This document shows positions 12,231 to 26,075 of a DNA stretch of 64,000 nucleotides, piece after piece; positions within the stretch are counted from its first letter, which is position 1, and every line of letters begins with the position of its first letter. The notes beneath the pieces were generated by a model, which was given only the letters and a program-made list of their open reading frames with translations, did not search any database and was not told the DNA's origin. A program made the position numbers and the translations under genes. The stretch is from Octopus vulgaris (lineage: Eukaryota): contig OX597822.1 in the NCBI GenBank assembly GCA_951406725.2, positions 11,842,001 through 11,906,000 of the forward strand, read 5' to 3'.

Positions 12231-12680
12231 TTCTTTTCTATACTAAGCACAAGGCCTGTATTTTTTTTGTGGGGTGGGTCCAGTCGATTAAATCGACCCC
12301 AGTACTCAACTGGTACTTAATTTATGGACCCCGAAAGGATGAAAGGCAAAGTTGACCTCTGCGGAATTTGAACTCAGTAATAACGGACGAAATACCTATT
12401 TCTTTATTACCCACAAGGGGCTAAACATAGAGGGGACAAACAAGGACAGACATAGGTATTAAGTCGATTACATCGACCCCAGTGCGTAACTGGTACTTAA
12501 TTTATCGACCCGGAAAGGATGAAAGGCAAAGTCGACCTCAGCGGAATTTGAACTCACAACGTTGCGCCAGACAAAATACCGCTAAGCATTTCGCCCGGCA
12601 CGCTAACGTTTCTGCCAGCATAATAATAGCGGACGAAATACCGCTAAGCATTTCGCCCGGCACGCTAACGTTTCTGCCTG
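12231..12680 (-). mobile_element. Stacked SINE type 2 copies (two 3'-tail variants plus a duplicated head)
   Basis: gaaaggatgaaaggcaaagtYgacctc..gcggaatttgaactca occurs twice; head gacgaaataccgctaagcatttcgcccggcacgctaacgtttctgcc is duplicated. Confidence 0.85.
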
Positions 12681-12699
12681 CTTGTCGCTTTAATGGAAG

Positions 12700-13185
12700 G
12701 AATATAGACGTATTCACGATTGTGTGGTTCAGGTATTACACGGGGAGAAATTACGACAAAGGGGATATGAAGTAGACAGAAAATAGTACCAACATCAACC
12801 AGAGAGTGTCATAAGGTACCTTCAGCTTAGGGTGGTACCAGATTTTACTGTTTACGAACTTCAAGAAACGCAACCAGATATGATTATTCTCGACAAGTGT
12901 AAGAAAGGGTGCATCTTTATACTTGTAGCTATATCTGCAGACATGGATGTAGCAGTCGAAGAAGAGGAGCAATTAATAAGATACCAGATTTTGGCTATGG
13001 AAATGAGAAAACTGTGAATCTCCTTTATTGAGATTGGTGTAAATATCAGAGTTACATTAATTTTAAATTCTGCTTTTTGGAAACAGCAACAATTGTAAGA
13101 AACGTTCTCGACATCTAGGAAATTGGTTTTAGACCCGGTATCAAAGACACTGATTTCGAATGTAAGACATTCATCAGCCAGTATA
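12700..13185 (+). mobile_element. Old R4/Dong-like LINE 3' relic (RLE domain) ending in (AAT)n
   Basis: ORF 12832-13017 QPDMIILDK..CIFILVAI..D..V....LIRYQILAMEMRKL is a decayed PD-(D/E)xK region homologous to ORF 15980-17170. Confidence 0.65.
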
Positions 13186-13921
<736 letters not shown>

Positions 13922-13933
13922 TAATAATAATAA

Positions 13934-16900
13934 GCAATATCGGATAAAATGAACGAAGCTGCAGCTAGAGAAAATAATACAGAGGAAATAATTATAGACC
14001 AGCCCAGGGCTGATAAAAACGAAGTAAGGATTGAAAGAGTTAGTATAAGTGATAGGCAAAGTGAAATACTCCCTGAACCAATCATAAACACTAAGACAGA
14101 TGAACATCAAATAGATAAAGAAAGTCACACAAATATTGGCCCAACAGAACTACATGAGCTAAAACATCAAATCATGATTGAATGGCTGAAAATTAAAGAA
14201 ACCAGCATGGATGAACGTGATACACTCCCTAAAATCCGCAACACTAACCAAAACATGAAAATAATTGGTAAAATCCGGCTTGCACTTAAGGATATAATTT
14301 CAGCTAATGATGTTGATATCACAAATCTGAACCACCTATACTATGCATCCGCGAAAATCTCAACGATACTATGTGGTGTAAAGTTAAGAAAACGGCAACA
14401 TTCCCACAAAAAGCCTTCTTGCCAAGAGCGTTTGCAACAACAAATTAAACTATTTAGATCTGACATTGAATATTTGAAAAACCTTAAGGTTCACAAGACT
14501 ACCAAACCTACAAAACCCCAAATATTGCTGAAAAAATACAATATGAAAACTATACTTGATATTGATGCCACCATAGAAACCATCAAACAAAAGGTATCTG
14601 CCAAAGCTGCCCGCATAGCGAGGTATGAAAAGCTTGTTAGATTTTTCAAGGACAACAACATGTTCAAAAATAACACCAAGAATTTTTACAGGAAGATAGG
14701 AAAAACAGCGTTTACTGCAAGGTCTGTATCATCAAAAGAAGAAGTGCAGAGATTTTGGAATAAAATTTGGGCAGAAGAAAAAACACACAATGAAAAGGCC
14801 CCCTGGATTGACAGAATATCTACAGAACAGGACCCCTTAGAAGAGCAAAAGTGGGAGGGTATCAAGGTAGAAAATATAAGATCTGCTCTCAGGAGGTCAA
14901 GCAAATGGAAGTCTCCAGGAAAGGATAACATTCCTAACTTCTGGCTGAATGCCTTCCCAGAGAGCCATGAACTGCTAACAGAACTGTACAATGATGTTTT
15001 GCAACACCCTAGTAGGATGCCTCCTTGGCTAGTTAATGGGTTAACATTCCTGCTTCCAAAAAGTGAAGAAACAAATGAACCAAAAAACTATAGACCCATA
15101 ACCTGCTTAACAACTATGTACAAAACGCTAACATCTGTTCTGACGGAATATACTTATAGATTTTTAACAGACAGCAACATATTCCCTAATGAACAGAAAG
15201 GATGTAAACGTGGATCCTACGGCTGTAAAGATCAACTACTCACAATAAAATGATCTTAGAAGATTGTCACAAACGACACAAAAACTTATCAATAGCCTGG
15301 ATAGACTATAAAAAGGCTTTTGATAGCCTACCACATAGCTGGATTAGGAAATGCCTGGAAATGTATAAGATAGCACCTACTCTGCGAAACTTTTTGACGG
15401 TATGAGATCATGGAGAACCACACTAACTCTGAACAGTGACAATGAATCCCTAAATCCTGGTGATGTAAAAATTTCGTGTGGCATTTTCCAGAGTGACTCA
15501 CTGTCATCACTCCTCTTTTGTTTAGCCTTAATACCTCTCACAAAACTGCTCAATGACGCGCAGTACGGGTATAAAATGTTTGATAAAAATATAAATCATC
15601 TCATTTACATGGATGATTTAAAGCTTTTTGCAAAAAATGACCAACAACTCAAAGCTCAAAGGCTTACTAGCGATAGTCAAACAATTCAGTGACGACATCA
15701 GAATGCAATTCGGCCTCGATAAATGTGCAAAAGCTACCTTTATCAAAGGAAAAATGACGGAAACATCTAAAGTTAACCTTGATTAGCAGAACGTCATAAA
15801 ATAACTAGACCCAGCGGAGAGCTACAAGTACCTAGGGGTAATTGAAGGGAACGGAATAAGGCATTCATAGATGAAGGAAAGGATCAGGAGAGAATGTTAT
15901 CGAAGAGTGAGAGCAATAGTCAAGACAGCTGAATGCAAGAAACAGGATCGAAGCGATCAATGCATTAGCCATACCAGTCGTGACTTACAGTTTCAATATC
16001 GTTAACTGGTCAATTACTGAAATATGTCAGCTCGACAGAAAAATAAGAAAACTGTTGACAATGCATAGAATGCACCACCCTAAGGCAGATACAGAACGAC
16101 TTTATCTGCCAAGAAAAGAGGGAGGTCGTGGTCTTTTGCAACTGGAAATAACAATGAAGATTGCTACAATTGGCCTAGACACCTACCTGAAAAAGTCTGA
16201 AGACTGGATGTTAAAACTTGTCTCAAAACATGAAAACAAGAAAACATCATACTCAGTAACAAAACAGGCAAAGGAATATCTAAGTGAATTCCGAATACAA
16301 CAAATTTCAGAATTAGAGATAGACATACAAGAAACAAGCACAGAAAAAGCTAGGCGCACGAAAACCCGTGCCAAAACTGCGGCCTTAGATATTCTGAATA
16401 ATAAATGGCAAGAAAAACCTCTCTATGGCAAATACCCAAAGAGAGCGAAAAATGCAGATATTGACAAAGCCCTGACCCATCAATGGCTAATGGCCTCTGG
16501 CTTAAAATCTGAAAGAGAAGGGTTTATCATAGCAGCTCAAGATCAATGCCTACCAACAAGAAACTACCAGGCCAACATATTAAAGAACGGCAGTAGCCCA
16601 ACATGTCGTGTATGCCGACAACAAAATGAAACCATTGATCATGTTGTCTCCAAATGCAGTCTTCTACCGCCTACAGAGTATCTCAACAGGCATGATAGAG
16701 CTGCACAATATATTCACTGGGTAATTTGCAACAACCTGGATTTGCCCCATGAAAAAAACTGGTGGGAACACAATCCACCTCCAGTGCTTGAAAATGACCA
16801 CATCTCACTCCTCTGGAACTTCACCATTGAAATTGACAGAAAGATCGATGCAAATAGGCCAGACATCATATTGAAAGACTTCAGACAAAGAACATGCCTC

Positions 16901-17356
16901 CTCATTGATATGGCTGTCCCAATCGATATAAACGTATCTGTCAAGACCTACCAAAAACTGAGCAAATATAAAGATCTTGAAATAGAAATCAGCAAAATGT
17001 GGAACCTGAAGACTAAAACAATACCTGTTGTCATAGGTGCCCTGGGAATGATGGCGAAAGGGGCTGATTGCTACCTAACTCAGATTCCAGGAAACCCCAA
17101 AATGGCAGAAATTCAAAAGATAGTGCTCATGGGAACTGATCATATCCTACGCAAAATACTCTCTATGTAATCCCAAGGTTTAAAACAATTTTAAAAAAAA
17201 ATTTATATGTTAGACATTCACTAGTACAACACCCCACCCCCCCAAATATATGGGACACTAGGCATAACAACAACGTGAACTTCTAACCTGTTGTCTCTTG
17301 AGGTCTCTGGGTGAGACTTGGAGCCAACTTGTACAGACATAAAGCAAAATTCAAAC

Positions 17357-17360
<4 letters not shown>
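13934..17360 (+). mobile_element. R4/Dong-clade non-LTR retrotransposon (family B), near full-length, inactivated by frameshifts and stops
   Basis: WKSPGKD, NYRPITCL, EQKG, GIFQSDSLS, YMDDLKLF RT motifs; RLYLPRKEGGRGL; CRVC..ETIDHVVSKC CCHC; RHD; RPDII..LLIDMAVP..K..KY RLE; flanked by (AAT)n. Confidence 0.93.
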
Positions 17361-17419
<59 letters not shown>

Positions 17420-17430
17420 CAATGATAATG

Positions 17431-17518
<88 letters not shown>

Positions 17519-17870
17519 TAATAATGATAATAATGATAATAATGATAATAATAATAATACTAATGATGATGATAATGATGTAGATGATGATGATCCTAGT
17601 GATGTGAAGTACTTGTGGCTGTCACCTCATCACCAAATTCTTTCTCTCTGCGTGAAAACAACGTGATTAAGGCTGGAAATGACAACGGTAAAGCTCTCTC
17701 ACTGGCGAAATATCCTACTGCACAGCAAGGAAAGCGCCGTATTGTCATCTAGCTGCTGCAGTAGGAAAGAAAACAGCTTACTTTGACTGGAGCATATTGA
17801 ATGTAAATCTGATAGAATGTTATATCCAAAGTGAACCTAGCTGATTTGGTTATATATATATAGATATATA

Positions 17871-18420
17871 TAGTTTCAGTTCAGAGCTGTGTCAATGCTG
17901 GAGCACCACCGTTTTGCTACACTGTTATTACTGAGATTCTCCTCTAATAAGTGGCACTTGGTGAAGAAGGGACTTTGATGTAGCTACCCTCATTTACACC
18001 TCTTGCCGTGAGGTAGGTTCGTCTGGGACTCTCGACAGGAAGAGTTCCGACTTTGATTTAAAAATGCCTACATCTGCTTTGTGCAGGTTCCCCAGGCGCT
18101 TTGGGAGAATATTAAAAAGCAGTAGGCCCATGGAACCCAGGTTGTTGCAGTAACTGGTCCTGAAGCGCGATGGCATTGCTGGGACTTTTGGCCCTGTACA
18201 GTGTCAGCCTCTTCTGGTATTGGTGTAGCTTTCAATGCCATAATTTGGCACAATTCCTTCCAGGATCTTCCAGATGTATATTACTGCATACTCGCTCCAG
18301 GTGGTAGAGTCTTAGCTGTTTCAGCCTTTCCCAGTAGCTGACCTGCTGCAAAAAGATGGTCTTCTTTGTGAAGCTTCGCTGAATTGCCTCAAGGTCCGCT
18401 GTTAATTTTACACTGAATGG
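17871..18420 (-). mobile_element. CR1/L2-like LINE 3' fragment
   Basis: - strand encodes LEAIQRSFTKK..YWERLKQL..YAVIYIWKILEGIVPN and LFNILPK.L.NL..FKSK..LFL..VPDEP, typical of a CR1-group ORF2 C-terminus, followed by a short 3' UTR. Confidence 0.7.
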
Positions 18421-19056
18421 ACAGAATTAAAGAGGAAAAGTTTGACAAGGAAATGCTTCATGTAATTGGGTGTATGTGCATAAATATATGTATATGTATA
18501 AACATGTATTTAGATATTTTGTAGAAAGTCTGTAGAGACTAACTCGTATTATTGAAATAAAAACATTGAAGAAAGAACTCATTTAGATATGATCTTTTTT
18601 TTTTACACTACACCAGTCTCGAAAAATCTCTCAACATATTTCACTGCATTAAACATTTCTTTCGCAGATACTGTCTAAAATTAGTCGAAAAACCTAATGT
18701 TTTATAAACAGCTAAATTTTCATAATGCATTTTTGAAATTATAACTAAATTTCAATTGTTAACATCTTAATTGTAACAATCAATTTACCATATTTAAATG
18801 AGGTCTTTCGTCTGAATAAGATTGGTATTAATTAACTACTACATCTATTTTACCATTAATTATCATTGACCAATGTTATGTTGCTAATTACGCCGCCTTT
18901 GCATGATTTCCGGGATATATTAAATTTTGGATGAGAAGATGGTAGCTCTCGTTCAAACACCATTACTAGGAAAAGGATATCTTGGATGGCCTGTCACACC
19001 AGGAAATGGTCCCTTATCATCTCACGAGGAAAGGAGATCGCTTTTAAGCGATAGAT

Positions 19057-19093
<37 letters not shown>

Positions 19094-19214
19094 TAAGAGC
19101 GAGACGGAGAGACACAAAAACTGAGAGACTTATAAAAGCAGAGAGAGGGTGAGAGAGAGAAAGAGGGAGAGAGAGTGGGGTGAGGTGGAGAAGAGCGACA
19201 ATGAGACAGGATCC

Positions 19215-19350
19215 AAGCCTATTACTTCAGTGGCAATTTTATCGCCCCTGGAAGAATGGAAGACAAAACTGACGTCGGTGAACTTTGAAACGCAGAAAGC
19301 GAGAGCAATGACAATAATCTATTCCAGCCGACGTTCTAGTGACACCCACT
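19215..19350 (-). mobile_element. Highly diverged SINE type 2 fragment
   Basis: ttttatcgcccctggaagaatggaagacaaaactgacgtcgg..tttgaa resembles the reverse complement of the Meta-like domain. Confidence 0.5.
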
Positions 19351-20063
19351 CCAATAAAACAACACGTTAGAGGTTAATATTTACGAAAATGAATTGAAGC
19401 AGAATTAAACTTTAATAAAATAAGGATTAAAAGGTGTAAAATAAACTGATCACTCATGGTCAGACACGAGTTCAATGAAATATTTATGATGCAAATAAAT
19501 CTGTATAAATACTACCAAAGTTTGTAGTGGATAAAACAATATAAAATTAAAATAAAAAGCAGACGCAGTGCAGGTAGAATGATTAAAAGGCAACAAGTTG
19601 AAATTTGTCTGCGAATATTACTTTGCAATGACATTCAAAATTTATTAGATAGCTTCATCACTCCCTAATGGACGTCATCATATGTTTGACTTGTACATTA
19701 AGTAACTTGAAAAACTTGATACAAATAAGTAAAATGTTCATAATTTACCAATAACTGCCAACCATGAAGAAACAGAGTGCTGAATATAAGAAGAGCCATA
19801 AGGAATTACTGAATTATTTTCATGACATCAAGTATGGTTATCAGGCATTGCCTCGTTCCGTGAATGCTAGTATTCAGCATTTGCAAATGCCATCTCATTC
19901 TTCCTCTATTCAGGGTACACAATAGAAGCTATACAAAATAGAGCTCTTCAAACATGTGTTAGTAACAGCTGAATATCCGCCCCGCTGCCCACGAAGTCGT
20001 TTTAAGAACCAGTAAAGCAATGTCACACGCCTGGCTTTATTTTTATGCTATTTGGAATCCACT

Positions 20064-20385
20064 CAACGGTTCTCAAAGCGGGCGCTACCGCCCCCCGGTA
20101 GGCGTTGAGACTCTCCAGGTGGGCGCTGGTGCCTAAGTGGGCAGTAGAGAAAAAGGAGGCGTCGGGAGGAAGGTAGCGGATTGCGGGACGCTATGAATTT
20201 ATTATAACATTGTTAAACTATTATATTCAAATTATATATTGTTATATTAAATATCAAATGATTCATTGTATATATAATTTAGTAAAATATGAAATATGTA
20301 TTTATGAATAAAAATAGGGGTGTGGTTGCTGAGAGTATTATGTGGCTATGAAGGGGCGGTGGCCCGAAAAGTTTGAGAACCTCGG
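20064..20385. mobile_element. hAT (Charlie-like) MITE
   Basis: Termini caacggttctcaaa / tttgagaacctcgg with subterminal accgcccc / ggggcggt; 8-bp TSD not evident. Confidence 0.6.
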
Positions 20386-21014
20386 ATGTATTGAGTATTC
20401 GTAGATTCCAAATCTAATATTTCATCGTAAACTTCCTTCCCTGAGATGCACGCGAAATATTGTAGCAATCTTCATGTAGCGACCGTTCTTCGGATTCGAG
20501 GCTATCTTAATATTTAAGTCTCGAATATTTGAATTGTAAGTTCAGCTAAAAAAGAAAGAATCGTGTATTGTTGGTTGCCTGGGAGGGCTAAGAGGGTCGA
20601 TGCCTGCGGTAAAGAAATATTATTGAGGAAACGGTAACTTAACTTTTTTGAGGTTTAGAAAGGTCAAAGTTGAACTTTCCTGAAAGCATTTAGATATTTA
20701 GTAACGCCAGCCATAATGGTTCAGACTAAATTATGTAAACCACCATAACTGAAAGGATGGTTAGGTGCAACACATAGCAGCATACATCATACAAATCAGT
20801 ATGATATATACATAAAGCTTTAGTCATGTTGTTCATCAGTTGTTGGAGAGATAATGCTGCATTCTCAGGTTCGGTCATAGTATAAGATAGTGTAAGGCAA
20901 AAAAGAAACCGCAACTGTTAGTTTAGATAAAATGTTTATCGATATCCACGCATTATTGGAATTGCGAAACAAAACAACATATAAACGAAGAAATTCTTAG
21001 ATTTCTAAACAAAA

Positions 21015-21210
21015 ATAAGGCGGCAATCTGCTTGAATCATTAGTACTGTGCCAAACACTTAGCGGCATTTTGTCCGTTTCTTCATTCTCAGTTCAAATTC
21101 TTACGATGTCGACTTTGCCTTTTAAGAACCAGTAAACTTGGCATCGATAAAATAAATTCCAGTTGAGTATTGGGGGCCGGGGTTACATATTTCCCATAAA
21201 TTGCTGGCCT
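21015..21210 (+). mobile_element. Diverged SINE type 2
   Basis: ggcggcaatctg..cttagcggcattttgtccg..agttcaaattc..gtcgactttgcctt..gataaaataa.ttccagttgagtattgggg. Confidence 0.7.
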
Positions 21211-22149
21211 TTTATGTCAAGTCCATCTAGACATTGTATTCTAACTGACATTTATGTGGAGGAAACTTGGAATAAAATTTAAATCGGATGAGAAGATTTT
21301 AAATATTTATGAGTCACACGGCCAACGAATAAGAATATTTTACGATCAATCAGGAAAAATGTATAGTTATTTTGTGCATACATACTTAAATATATTTGAA
21401 GTGTTATTTTGTATTTATATTATTTAGTTATCCTCGTATTATTTCTCATCAAATGAAAAGCTGCTTGTGAGAAACACGGGTAAAATGCGGAAAGATGACG
21501 TAATTAATATATATTTAAGCCAGTAAAGTAGAACAGCGTAATTAAAATTTTAAATGACTCTAGCTGTAATTCATTTTTGTAGAATGTAGCTTGTGGAAAA
21601 ATGGTGACGTAATTAAATTCAATATAGCTAAAACAGTGAAACAATTTTTAAATTATTGTTTAAACGAGGAAGACTTCAAAATATATATTTTGTGGCGTGA
21701 TGAAATGAAGCGAGAGCCAGGAAATTGCATTTTTTTCAAATCTTCACTGGGCTGAAATACGTCATTATATTTTGTAGAAAACTAATCGCACTTGTCTTCC
21801 TATTTAGATTGTTATGCTTCAAATATTTCTTATTTATTTTATCATATAAATCTTATGATTATTAGAAGCATATCATATTAGCAAGTTGCATATTAGCTTC
21901 TGTATTCGAAAAGCGTTTTTATGACTAAATACAAATATATTTCCCAAATGTATCACATATTCGTATGTTGTATATGGCAGTTCTGTTTGGAAATTGGGAA
22001 GAAGTACTGTGTCTGATTATATATATGGCAGAAATGAGCAGGTATTATGTAAAGGGGCTATGAAAGGACTTTAAAATTAATAGTAATAATGCTAAAGCTT
22101 ACATGTAGCATGTATGAATAGAGGCTATGTATTCCATTTACAAAAGTGC

Positions 22150-22700
22150 ATGTCAGCTTGAACTAAAGTACGTATATGGTGAATATTCGTGTGCAGGTTG
22201 TACACGGTTTGCTAGTTGCTAAATGCATGAGACGAATTTGTTGGTCGGAGAGAACGTAATTGTGCTGGTGAGTGAATTATTGCAGATTGGAAGGAAGGCT
22301 TTAAATGTACATGCCAACATTTATATAGCTGTGTGTAAAGCAGAAACATCAGGAGTACTGACTCACGTGTGTAGCAGCACTGCTCTGATTGCTGGCTTTC
22401 AAACGAACTTACTAAAACAGAAGTATCTATTGGGCTGTTGTGAAGGACAATATCGACATATGACATATAATTGTCGATATATTTCCATAAAACCTGCAAT
22501 TCACATTGTCGATAATCTTATGGTCGAGATTAAGTGTAAGAGACCAGCAATCTGTTCGAAGCTTTACACTAATGACAATCATCTTTGTGCATACTACAAT
22601 AAACTTGCTAAGTGTCCTACATAATTTCAATGGTGCGTTGCTCTTTGTGTGAGATTTAATTGCTATTTCCAGCACATGAAAGCTCTCTGGTACTGTTTAT
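22150..22700 (+). pseudogene. Possible very old LINE reverse transcriptase relic
   Basis: ORF 22223-22624 contains IHIVDNLMVEI...KLYTNDNHL, resembling decayed LFIIVMD...LLYADD; weak. Confidence 0.25.
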
Positions 22701-22922
22701 AATCTTTTATGCGATATATTCTCTGGGTATCCACATCGATATCTTTGTGGCATTTCGTAATGTATTGAAAAGTTGCAGCCTTTGAAAGCTAAGGGGTTAG
22801 TGTATGGGATACTTAAAAAGGACGGAGATGGTGAGATGTAGGGTACTATGCACTGACATCGTCCAGTGATCGGTTTAACTTTCAATCACAAATTTCGGTG
22901 CTGTACCGTCCAGGATATTTCA

Positions 22923-23162
<240 letters not shown>

Positions 23163-23222
23163 GCTACAGAGTTAATCTGTTGCTAAAAAAATTCCTGAAA
23201 TCCGTGCTCCAGAATTCCTATA

Positions 23223-23279
<57 letters not shown>

Positions 23280-23422
23280 AGTATATATGGTTGCATATAG
23301 ATATGTATAAATGATATGTGTATGCGTTTGTATGCATACATACATGCACACACACATACACACACACATATATATATATATGTATAGTAAAAAGAGAGAG
23401 AAATTTACACACCTATATGTAC

Positions 23423-23481
<59 letters not shown>

Positions 23482-23482
<1 letters not shown>

Positions 23483-24050
23483 CTTGGTTTGACTACCATC
23501 CGTGCAACATCTATATTCCTTCCCAAGCCTGTCATGACTTATGTCCCTGCCGTAGGGCTTCATTTCCGCACACGTCAACTTAATTTAATTTGTCCTTACT
23601 CGAAAGACACCTGTTGATATGTCCTGTTGTTTCCGTTTGTATTTGTGTACCATTTCTCCATGTTTCTTCGCCCTTTGTTTTCCTATACATTCGCTGCTTT
23701 CTTCCAAGAAATCTAGTGCTCGTAGCTTAGAATTTCCGAGGGGCTGGACAGACTGGAGCAGTCTCGATTATAACCAGCCGAAACTGCAAAGATAATCTGG
23801 AACTCGAATGAGGAAAGAAAACTCCGAATAACCAATCCTTGTCTTTTCTTGTCCCTTTTTTGTATCATCTGTCTGGATGTTTTGTGTTCTTGACCCATTT
23901 TTTGTATATCTCCCCTGTTTATTTCCGTGTTGCTTTCCGTGGAAAAGCGTAGGATCGACGCATAAAAGATTTTCTCACTTCCTAGCGTTAAACAAATACA
24001 ATCTGTTTGTTGTTTACACACTCGACATCGTCTTTTGTTTTTTCTAAATT
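23482..24050 (+). mobile_element. Probable Penelope-related non-autonomous repeat with decayed hammerhead-like motifs
   Basis: Sits between TA tracts; ctggagcag..agccgaaac (23753-23785) and gtggaaaagcgtaggatcgacgcata (23938-23965) resemble decayed CTGANGA..CGAAA cores. Confidence 0.35.
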
Positions 24051-24061
24051 ATATATACATG

Positions 24062-24096
<35 letters not shown>

Positions 24097-24171
24097 GTAT
24101 GCATACTCCTACATATACACCGATATGAATAAACACTACATACATACAAACATACATACATACGTACATAC

Positions 24172-24233
<62 letters not shown>

Positions 24234-24737
24234 ACACATATATATCCACTCTGGTTATGAAGCCTTTATAAGAAACATATCACGGGAATATATAACTCAT
24301 TTTCCGTGTCCAAGTGATTGCTTTTGACTGTGCAAATAATCAGCAAAGTCACTGTATGTTTTACGAGAACAATGGCACTCCAGGCTTATCTCACTTCGTG
24401 TCTACCTGCATCGACGTGCGTGTGAGCTTTAAGCACTGTATTGATCTCCAAACAGCAATTACTAATCTCATAGCTCCAACGGTTTCAAGATCTATTATGG
24501 AAGTGTGATTTTAACTTATGACATTCCGATTTTAACACGAACGCGTTAAATTATCAACGCATTTCATATTAAATGCACTCAAGAACACCGTTCACGCACT
24601 TACATTTACACTCAAATGTATTTGCATGCGTATATACACATGTGCGCTGTGCGTGCATATCGTACGTATATAAGCATACATGATACATATATATACATTA
24701 TATACATATACGCACATACGTATATATATATACACAC

Positions 24738-24770
<33 letters not shown>

Positions 24771-24872
24771 CATATACATATATATGTATATATATACATA
24801 TATACATATATATATACATATATATATATATATAAATATATATACATATATATATACACACATAAACATATA

Positions 24873-24953
<81 letters not shown>

Positions 24954-25076
24954 AAAGTATAAGCTTAAATGCATGTCTTTGAATATGTGTATACGTTTAT
25001 GTAAGTTAGTTTCCATGCCTATGTATTATGTGTGTGTGTATGTGTGTGTGTTTGTGTGTGTGTGGGTGTAGACACA

Positions 25077-25245
25077 GGCATAGGAGTGGCTGTGTGGCAA
25101 GTAGATTGCTTACCCACCACATGGTCCCGAGTTCAGTCCCACTGCGTGACATCTAGGGCAAGTGTCTTCTACTATAATTTCGGAACACCAAAGATTTGTG
25201 AGTGAATTTGGTAGATGGAAACTGGAAGACACCCGTCGTATAAAT
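25077..25245 (+). mobile_element. SINE type 1, 5' half (split by insertion)
   Basis: ggcataggagtggctgtgtggcaagtag..gagttcagtcccactgcgtg..gggcaagtgtcttctac. Confidence 0.85.
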
Positions 25246-25339
25246 ATGTATAAGGATGAGTTAAGTTCATTACTTAAAATACCGACCATATCAAGTGGCT
25301 AGCATGGGAATAAAATCCTCATAGGTAATAATTATTAGC

Positions 25340-25470
25340 AAAGTTATAATTAAGGGTATCTAAAAATTATCATCATGCTAGAGATAGCAGTCAAAACTTG
25401 ACTGTCTAAACTCCACGTTGTGGTGTGCATATATGTTTGTATACTTACGAATATGTAAGTATTCGTATGT

Positions 25471-25533
<63 letters not shown>

Positions 25534-25772
25534 GTATGTATATTTGTATTTATGTACTATTTTGTGTATATTCCACTGATGATTCAACGCATTTCTTATG
25601 CAAAGTCAGAAATCCGGGATGTGGAATTATGCAAACATCGTTTTGCTAGTTTAGTTTGTCACTTTGTCTTCCCTCATGGTGCTGTACGAATATTTGATGT
25701 GTTTCGAGAGTCAACTTTTGACTGCTATCTCTAGCATGATGGTATCTTTTAGATACCCTTAATCATAATTTT
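25340..25772 (+). mobile_element. Hammerhead-bearing element with ~60-bp terminal inverted repeats (inverted-pLTR architecture)
   Basis: attaagggtatctaaaaa..catcatgctagagatagcagtcaaaa.ttgact is mirrored by agtcaa.ttttgactgctatctctagcatgatg..tttttagatacccttaat; hammerhead motif at 25570-25627. Confidence 0.7.
25570..25627 (+). ncRNA. Type I hammerhead-like motif, probably inactive (G at position 17)
   Basis: ATTCCA-CTGATGA-ttc..GCAT ttctt ATGC..gtca-GAAA-TCCGGGAT-G-TGGAAT; perfect 6-bp stem I, near-palindromic stem III, imperfect base of stem II. Confidence 0.6.
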
Positions 25773-25774
25773 AA

Positions 25775-25861
<87 letters not shown>

Positions 25862-25868
<7 letters not shown>

Positions 25869-26075
25869 TAGTGTGTCTCTATTTGTCCCCCAACATCGCT
25901 TGACAACCGATGCTGGGGCGTTTACGTCCACTTAACGAAGCGGTTTGGCAAAAGAAAGCGATAGAATAAGTACTAGGCTTACAAAGAATAAGTCCTGGGG
26001 ATCGATTTGCTCGACTGAAGGCGGTGCTCCAGCATAGCCGCAGTCCAATGACTGAAAAAAGTAAAAGATTAAAAG
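25862..26075 (+). mobile_element. SINE type 1, 3' half
   Basis: tttgtcccccaacatcgcttgacaaccgatgctgg..ggcggtgctccagcatagccgcag..gtaaaagat. Confidence 0.85.

Noticed and set aside
19764-19960. 53-aa ORF with Kozak-like GCCAACCATG
   Set aside because: IKYGYQAL and the adjacent-frame IEAIQNRALQTC resemble post-RT motifs of LINEs, so it is more likely an ancient LINE relic than a host gene
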